Shown here piece after piece: positions 33,962 to 40,000 of a DNA stretch of 40,000 bases. The notes beneath the pieces were generated by a model. It saw nothing but the letters and a program-made list of their open reading frames with translations, was not told the origin of the DNA and made no database searches. The first letter of the stretch is position 1; each line of letters begins with the position of its first letter. The stretch lies in the NCBI GenBank assembly GCA_025809375.1, contig CP099514.1:2491528-2531527 (forward strand), given 5' to 3'. The position numbers and the translations under genes were made by a program. This DNA comes from Bacillus zhangzhouensis (GTDB lineage: Bacteria; Bacillota; Bacilli; Bacillales; Bacillaceae).

Positions 33962-35950
33962 TTATTCACTGATCTTGAATTTTTTAATTAAATCACGTAA
34001 TTCTTCCGCCATTTGGGAAAGAGTTGTGGATGAAGAACTAATCTCTTCCATTGAAGCAAGCTGCTCTTCAGCAGATGCTGCGATATCTTGGATGCTTGCT
34101 GAACTCTCTCTTGATACATCTGCAATTTCATTCACTGCTTTAGAAATTTGCTCAGATCCTTTTGAAAGCTCCCGCACCGTTGTATTCATCTCATTAATTC
34201 TTGCTGCGATTTCAGCTGTTTGTTCATTTATTTGTGAGAAACTTTCTTTCGTTTGATCTGCGATTGTAAGACCATTCTTCACTTCTTCATTGACTGCTTT
34301 GAACATATTTTGAGATGTTTCAATTTCAGTGACGATTTCATTCACTAGCTTTTCAATCTCTTTTGCTGAATCCGATGATTGAACCGCTAGTTTACGCACT
34401 TCTTCCGCAACAACAGAGAAGCCTCTGCCTGACTCGCCTGCGCGTGCTGCTTCAATGGCAGCATTTAGTGCAAGTAAATTCGTTTGATCCGCAATGCCGT
34501 TAATCACGCCTAGGATGTTTGTGATATCTTTTGATTTATGCTCTAGTCCGTTGATCACACCTTCAGCTTCTTTCACTGAATGATCAATCGTCTTCATTTG
34601 ACCGACAGTTTGCTCCACAAGCTGTCCGCCTGTTTCCGCGACTGTTTTTGATTGAACAGATGACGCTGTGATGACTTCAGACGTTTCGGCAACTTCGTTC
34701 AGTCCTTCATTCATTTGTTTTAAATGTGCCGCGCTTTGTTCCACCATTTCGCTTTGATTTTCGTTGCCGTTTGAGAATGTCTCAATAGATGATGTAATAT
34801 GTTCGGTTGCTTTTGTTGTTTGACCTGCACTTGCCGTCAGTTCTTCAGATGATGAAGCGACATTCTCAACAGATGTTTGTACAGCTTGAATGACATCTCT
34901 TAGGGACTCACTCATTTCATTAAAGCTTGTGCCAAGCTGTCCAATTTCATCTTTTGAGCGGACATCAATTTTTTCTGTTAAATCGCCCTGACTGATCTTC
35001 TTCGAAGAAGAGACAAGAGTGGAAAGTGGTTTTGTAATGGAACGGATGATAAAGAAAATCAGAATCCCGCCAATGATAAGCGCGCCGGCTAAAATAATAG
35101 CGGTCATGTTAAAGACTGGCTGTGCAGCTTCTTCTACTTCACTGACAAACATTGTCCCGCCAATCTTCCAGCCAGTCGCCTTGTTTGTGGTGAATTCCAT
35201 TTGCTTTTCTTTTCCTTCAAACATATAACTCATAGATCCCTTATCTTGTGAATACAGCTTGTCTAACCATTCACCAGATAATTTTGTTCCCGCTTTTTTA
35301 TTTGGATGTGCCACATATGTACGATCTGAACTTCCAATAAAGGCATAGCCTTGTTTCCCAATTTGAATGCTATTGGACTCTTTTACTAGATTCGCAATGT
35401 CTAGGTTAATCGCGATGACGCCTGATCCGTCCGCTAGTTTTTTAGAGATGGTCACCACAAGCGTACCGGTCGATGCCGTTGCATATGGTGCTGAAACAGA
35501 CAGCTCACCGTTTTTCGCCCAGCCGTCTTTATACCAATCCCGCTCAGTTGCGACATAGCCGGCAGGCATTTTTTTATTAGGGTATCTTGAAAACACTTTG
35601 CCGTCACTTGAAGCAACAAAAATGCCTTCTGTGTCATCATTCATACTTATGAACTGCTCAAAGCGTCCTTGAATATCAGCCGTTCCTTTTTGCTTGAGCT
35701 TTTTCTTCGTGATCCATTTGCTAAAGAAATCGACTGCGTCTGTTTTCACTTTTACAACCTTCGTAATATTTTTATCTAACTGCTCTACGTTTTCCTTTGC
35801 GCTTTGCATAATTTGATCATTTAAGGAGGTGCTTGCCGTATGATATGAAGAGAATCCCAATACGATGATTGGGCATAAAAGAATAAATAAGAAAGAGAAT
35901 ACGAGCTTTTTTGAGATCGATGGCTTTCTGAAATACTGTATGAATTTCAT
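33962..35950 (-). CDS. Methyl-accepting chemotaxis protein (TM, double-Cache sensor, TM, HAMP, MA domain)
   Basis: 662 aa with the invariant hairpin block [41 protein letters not shown]. It belongs to the McpA/McpB/TlpA/TlpB family. By position next to the yulF-like gene it would correspond to tlpB. This is a synteny guess only. Confidence 0.92.
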   Translation of the reverse strand: MKFIQYFRKPSISKKLVFSFLFILLCPIIVLGFSSYHTASTSLNDQIMQSAKENVEQLDKNITKVVKVKTDAVDFFSKWITKKKLKQKGTADIQGRFEQFISMNDDTEGIFVASSDGKVFSRYPNKKMPAGYVATERDWYKDGWAKNGELSVSAPYATASTGTLVVTISKKLADGSGVIAINLDIANLVKESNSIQIGKQGYAFIGSSDRTYVAHPNKKAGTKLSGEWLDKLYSQDKGSMSYMFEGKEKQMEFTTNKATGWKIGGTMFVSEVEEAAQPVFNMTAIILAGALIIGGILIFFIIRSITKPLSTLVSSSKKISQGDLTEKIDVRSKDEIGQLGTSFNEMSESLRDVIQAVQTSVENVASSSEELTASAGQTTKATEHITSSIETFSNGNENQSEMVEQSAAHLKQMNEGLNEVAETSEVITASSVQSKTVAETGGQLVEQTVGQMKTIDHSVKEAEGVINGLEHKSKDITNILGVINGIADQTNLLALNAAIEAARAGESGRGFSVVAEEVRKLAVQSSDSAKEIEKLVNEIVTEIETSQNMFKAVNEEVKNGLTIADQTKESFSQINEQTAEIAARINEMNTTVRELSKGSEQISKAVNEIADVSRESSASIQDIAASAEEQLASMEEISSSSTTLSQMAEELRDLIKKFKISE

Positions 35951-35984
35951 AAAAATGAAAACTCCTTTTAGTAAGATATTATAT

Positions 35985-36011
35985 ATATCGGAAGTGCTAA
36001 TAGGTTGTTTA
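35985..36011 (-). promoter_or_regulatory. Sigma-D-type promoter
   Basis: On the minus strand TAAA, 16 nt, CCGATAT, about 30 nt upstream of the start codon. Confidence 0.65.
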
Positions 36012-36071
36012 CTTTTTTAATTTATTAAAGACTAAATAAGTATAAATTACCCAATTTATATGCATTGAATG

Positions 36072-36102
36072 GAAAAACACCTGACGTTTTGGTGTCAGGT
36101 GT
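36072..36102 (-). terminator. Terminator of the second chemoreceptor gene
   Basis: 9-bp stem ACACCTGAC/GTCAGGTGT flanked by A5 and T4. On the minus strand it is followed by TTTTT. Confidence 0.75.
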
Positions 36103-36114
36103 TTTGCTAATCCC

Positions 36115-38103
36115 TTACATTTTAAATTGTTTAATGAGCTCTCTTAGTTCTTCTGCCATCTGAGCTAAAGTAGCAGAAGATGAACTAATCTCTTCCATAG
36201 ATGCCAGCTGTTCTTCTGCTGAAGCCGCGATGTCTTGAATATTTGCCGAGCTTTCACGTGATACGTCCGCGATTTCACGAACAGTCTCTGACACATGTGC
36301 AGAGCTTTTTGAAAGCTGGACAACGGTTTGATTCATTGTTTGAAGCTGGTCAGAAATTTCTCTTGTCATTTCGAAAATATTGTGGAAGCTTCCTTTCGTT
36401 TGTTCAGTGAAGCTCAGGCCTGATTGAACTTCTCGATTCACCGCAGTGAATACTTCCTGTGATACATCGATGTCTTGCACGATTTCTTTGATCAAATGCT
36501 CAATTTCTTTTGCCGAGTTGGCAGATTGAACAGCCAGTTTTCTTACTTCTTCTGCTACAACGGAGAATCCTCTGCCTGATTCACCAGCTCTTGCTGCCTC
36601 AATCGCTGCATTTAGTGCAAGTAAATTCGTTTGATCGGCAATTCCATTGATGACACCAAGAATTTGGGTAATGTCTTTAGATTTACTTTCAAGCGCACTG
36701 ATGACATTCTCTGCTTTTTTCACGGACTGATCAATGACATTCATTTGAGAAGCCGTTTTTTCAACAAGCTGTCCGCCTTCTCCTGCGATATCTGTTGATT
36801 TGATCGATGAAGCAGTAATGGATTCAGCCGATTCATTCATATTTTGAAGGCCGCGGTTCATTTCCTCTAACTCAACTGAGCTCAATTCGACTTTATCTTT
36901 TTGGCTTTCATTTCCGCTGGAGAACTGTTCAATGGCTAGTGTAATATGCTCTGTTGCTTTACTTGTTTGCCCTGCGCTGGCAGTTAGTTCTTCTGATGAA
37001 GATGCGACATTTTCGACTGAAGTTTGAACGGCTCCAATGAGGGATCGCAATGAGTCAATCATCATATTAAAGCCTTTACCAAGAAGCCCAATTTCGTCAT
37101 CTGATTGGATCTGGAGCTTATCGCGTAAATCACCTTCGCTGACTTTTTTCGAGAAGCGGACAAGATTGGATAATCTTTTTGAAATAGAGCGGACGATAAA
37201 GAAAATGAGGGTTCCTGCTATCATGAGTGTCACACTGAATACGATAATGGCTGTTTTGAAAACGGGCTTTGCCGCCTCTTCTACTTCAGATACGAGCATC
37301 GTTCCACCAATTTTCCAGCCGGTTAATTCATTGGTTACATATGCAACCTTTTTATCTGTTCCTTTGAAGGTATAGCTGCCGCTTCCTTCTTTGTTTTTAA
37401 AAATAATACTGGCCAAATTCTCATTGACCTGACTTCCTGACTTTTGGGTTGGATCTGCTAAAACAGTTTTATCTTTCTCCATGATGAAAGCATAGCCTTT
37501 TTGCCCGATTTTAATTTCTTTTAGTTTTTGGAGCAGGCTGTCAATTTCCATATCAAGACCTATGACACCTGAACCATCTTTCATTTTTTGGGCAATTGTG
37601 ATAACCATTTTGCCTGTGGATGCTGCTACATATGGTTTTGTGATGACTTGTTTGCCGTTTTCTGCCTTCAATGCCTCTTGGTACCATGGACGTTCTCTTG
37701 GATCGTAGCCACCCGGCATCTTTTGAACTGGGTATTGCATAAACAATCCCTTTTCAGAGCCTGCATAGATTGCGGATACATCTTTTTCATTAATTTTTCC
37801 AAATTGCTGTAATTCTTTAATGGTCGCTTTTCTATTTTTTTCTTGAAGATCAGACGCTTTGAGTGAGTCTGTAAACAGTGTCACAGCATCTGATTTGTTT
37901 CCGATATTCTCGTTGATTAAGGTATCAAATGCTTTGACCTGACTCATCGCACTGCCCATAATCTGTTTGTCTAGCTCTGTCTTTGATGTAAAAAACGCAC
38001 TAATTGTCAGTGCCACAGTTGGCAGAATAAGGACTACCAAAAAGGCAATGATTAATTTTTTTGAAATGGATGGTTTTTTGAACCATTGGATCATTTTTCC
38101 CAT
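36115..38103 (-). CDS. Methyl-accepting chemotaxis protein (double-Cache, HAMP, MA)
   Basis: 662 aa, same architecture and same invariant signalling block. It is a tandem paralogue and by position would equal mcpA (guess). Confidence 0.92.
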   Translation of the reverse strand: MGKMIQWFKKPSISKKLIIAFLVVLILPTVALTISAFFTSKTELDKQIMGSAMSQVKAFDTLINENIGNKSDAVTLFTDSLKASDLQEKNRKATIKELQQFGKINEKDVSAIYAGSEKGLFMQYPVQKMPGGYDPRERPWYQEALKAENGKQVITKPYVAASTGKMVITIAQKMKDGSGVIGLDMEIDSLLQKLKEIKIGQKGYAFIMEKDKTVLADPTQKSGSQVNENLASIIFKNKEGSGSYTFKGTDKKVAYVTNELTGWKIGGTMLVSEVEEAAKPVFKTAIIVFSVTLMIAGTLIFFIVRSISKRLSNLVRFSKKVSEGDLRDKLQIQSDDEIGLLGKGFNMMIDSLRSLIGAVQTSVENVASSSEELTASAGQTSKATEHITLAIEQFSSGNESQKDKVELSSVELEEMNRGLQNMNESAESITASSIKSTDIAGEGGQLVEKTASQMNVIDQSVKKAENVISALESKSKDITQILGVINGIADQTNLLALNAAIEAARAGESGRGFSVVAEEVRKLAVQSANSAKEIEHLIKEIVQDIDVSQEVFTAVNREVQSGLSFTEQTKGSFHNIFEMTREISDQLQTMNQTVVQLSKSSAHVSETVREIADVSRESSANIQDIAASAEEQLASMEEISSSSATLAQMAEELRELIKQFKM

Positions 38104-38135
38104 TTTAACTTTCCCCCTTTACTTCTCTAAAGTTA

Positions 38136-38160
38136 TTATCGGATGAAAGTTGTATTTTTA
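38136..38160 (-). promoter_or_regulatory. Sigma-D-type promoter
   Basis: On the minus strand TAAA, 14 nt, CCGATAA, about 30 nt upstream of the start codon. Confidence 0.6.
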
Positions 38161-38184
38161 GAGACTGGAAATGACGTTTAAGAA

Positions 38185-38214
38185 TAAAAAAAATACCCAG
38201 ACATTTCTGGATAT
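38185..38214 (-). terminator. Terminator of the third chemoreceptor gene
   Basis: On the minus strand ATATCCAGA-AATG-TCTGGGTAT (one G-U) is followed by T8. Confidence 0.75.
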
Positions 38215-38228
38215 TTTTTCATTATCAT

Positions 38229-40000
38229 TTAATTAATTTTAAATTGACTTGTGAGCTCTTTTAGTTCCTCTGCCATGTTGGCAAGCGTCACAGAAGAAGA
38301 CGTGATTTCTTCCATAGATGCTAGCTGCTCTTCAGCAGAAGCCGCAATGTCCTGAATGTTTGCTGCACTTTCTCTAGAGACTTGGCGCATCTCCTGCATC
38401 GCTTGTGAAACAAGCTTTGAACCGCTGGATAGGTCTATTGCTGTATCGTTTAATTGCGACAGTTTTTTCGACATTTCTTCTGCCGCCTCATAAATGTGCC
38501 GGAAGCTTTTTTTTGCTTCCTCTGTCATACCGAGTCCTGCGTTTACTTCTCGATTGACTGCTTTGAACATATCTTGAGATTTAGCAATTTCTAACACAAT
38601 TTCTTGGATAAGCTTTTCAATTTCTTTCGCTGAATCTGCGGATTGGACAGCTAGTTTTCTCACTTCTTCTGCAACGACGGAGAAGCCTCGTCCTGATTCA
38701 CCTGCTCTTGCTGCTTCGATTGCTGCATTTAGTGCAAGTAGATTTGTTTGATCCGCAATGCCGTTAATGACATTTAAAATACTCGTAATATCTTTAGACT
38801 TGTATTCTAATTCTTTCATGACCTGTTCTGCTTCTTGTACAGATTGATCAATATGTTTCATTTGGCTCGCTGTGCTTTCAACTATTCGGCCGCCTTGACC
38901 GGCTGCCTCTGTTGATTGAAGTGAGACAGCAGCTACTTCAGATGAAGTATGTGACATATCTTGTAATCCTTCGTTCATTGCCACAAGCTGATTCGTACTA
39001 GATTCGACTTTCTCATTTTGTGCTTCATTTCCATTTGAGAATTGTTCAATCGACATCGTGATATGCTCTGTTGCTTGACTCGTTTGGCTGGCGCTTGCCG
39101 TCAGCTCCTCTGAAGCCGAAGCCACGTTGTCGACAGATTGCTGTACAGCGCGAATGATGTTACGAAGAGATTCACTCATCTTGCTGAAGCTTCTTGTGAG
39201 ATCTCCTATTTCATCCTTCGATTTGGTTTCGAGGGTTTCTGTTAAATCCCCTTCACTCACTTTTTCTGAGAAATTAACAAGCCTTCTTAGTCCAACTGTA
39301 ATCGAGCGAACGATGAAGAAGATAGCAACACCGCCAAGGATAAATGAAGAAATTAAAACAATTATGGCAGAATTCCAAACTGGCTGTGCTGCTTCTTCTG
39401 TTTCTGATAAATACATCGTTCCCGCAATTTTCCAACCTGTTAAATCATTTGTCACAAAAACGATACGTTTTTGTTCTCCTTTATACTCATAATTTGCTGT
39501 TCCTTCTTTGCCACTGTAAAGGATTGATGAAATATTTCCTGTGACCTGAGATCCTGATTTTTCTTCTGGATGGGCTACAATTTGTTTGTTTTTATTTGCA
39601 ATAATTGGATACCCTTCTCGTCCAATTTTAGTTTCTTTGATTTTATCAACAATGCCTTGCACATCAATGTCGATTCCGATCACTCCCGATCCGTCTTTCA
39701 GACGCTGGGCAAACGTGACTACCATGCCGTTTGTTGTAGCAGAAATGTATGGATCTGTGATAACTGGCTCACCTTTTTCATCCTGCATCGCTTGCTGATA
39801 CCAATCGCGTGTTGTGGGATCATAGTCTTTTGGCATGTCTACTTTTGGAAACTGAATGAAATCATGATTTTTACTTGCTGCGTAAAATCCAACCACATCT
39901 TCTTCGTTGATTTTGCTGTATATCTCAAAATGCTTATACAGTTCGTCCTGGTTTTTCTTTTTAAAGTCTGCAGCAGTAGTTATTTGAGTAAAGTGTTTCA
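38229..40000 (-). CDS. Methyl-accepting chemotaxis protein, 5' end outside the window
   Basis: The frame stays open beyond the track start at 39896 (..[44 protein letters not shown]..). It has the same dCache-HAMP-MA architecture. By position it would equal tlpA (guess). Confidence 0.9.
   Translation of the reverse strand, partial: KHFTQITTAADFKKKNQDELYKHFEIYSKINEEDVVGFYAASKNHDFIQFPKVDMPKDYDPTTRDWYQQAMQDEKGEPVITDPYISATTNGMVVTFAQRLKDGSGVIGIDIDVQGIVDKIKETKIGREGYPIIANKNKQIVAHPEEKSGSQVTGNISSILYSGKEGTANYEYKGEQKRIVFVTNDLTGWKIAGTMYLSETEEAAQPVWNSAIIVLISSFILGGVAIFFIVRSITVGLRRLVNFSEKVSEGDLTETLETKSKDEIGDLTRSFSKMSESLRNIIRAVQQSVDNVASASEELTASASQTSQATEHITMSIEQFSNGNEAQNEKVESSTNQLVAMNEGLQDMSHTSSEVAAVSLQSTEAAGQGGRIVESTASQMKHIDQSVQEAEQVMKELEYKSKDITSILNVINGIADQTNLLALNAAIEAARAGESGRGFSVVAEEVRKLAVQSADSAKEIEKLIQEIVLEIAKSQDMFKAVNREVNAGLGMTEEAKKSFRHIYEAAEEMSKKLSQLNDTAIDLSSGSKLVSQAMQEMRQVSRESAANIQDIAASAEEQLASMEEITSSSVTLANMAEELKELTSQFKIN

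Noticed and set aside
1-40000. CRISPR arrays, IS elements, integrase/att sites, rRNA
   Set aside because: I found no regularly spaced direct repeats, no transposase- or integrase-like ORF, and no second copy of the tRNA-Ala 3' end by eye. This was a manual scan, so short att repeats could have been missed.

Overview
Chromosomal segment from a Bacillus of the subtilis/pumilus group, judged from gene content and my recollection of B. subtilis proteins. No search was run.

Layout, left to right:
- 1-880: a GbsR/OpcR-family regulator and a stand-alone tRNA-Ala(GGC).
- 880-4737: an AT-rich island of small ORFs, pseudogenes and hairpin-rich ORF-free DNA.
- 4738-29123: a ~24-kb PBSX-like defective prophage, i.e. 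a contractile phage-tail-like bacteriocin cluster. It is almost entirely on the minus strand. Gene order from high to low coordinates is xre, a short early region, xtrA, xpf, terminase, portal, capsid, sheath, tube, tape measure, baseplate, fibre, xhlA/xhlB and a truncated xlyA.
- 29124-29750: a junction of decayed gene fragments and terminators.
- 29751-40000: core genes. These are uppP, an AI-2E-family permease, a multiply frameshifted Gfo/Idh/MocA oxidoreductase, a DJ-1/PfpI protein and three tandem double-Cache chemoreceptor genes, the last running off the window. The first two chemoreceptor genes have a sigma-D-type promoter inside the window.

Features below the 60-aa cutoff of the ORF track:
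- a 27-aa holin-like type I toxin with a convergent antisense RNA, inside the tail operon
- a 33-aa hydrophobic peptide faced by a convergent near-consensus promoter, in the island
- xkdX
- a -1 frameshift extension of the tail chaperone
- several small early and island ORFs

I saw no CRISPR array, rRNA, transposase or integrase, and no large multi-enzyme defence system. The best candidates for something undescribed are small protein/RNA modules in the 880-4737 island. The prophage-embedded toxin/antisense locus belongs to a known family but is not in the ORF track. All homology statements come from memory or sequence motifs and need database confirmation.
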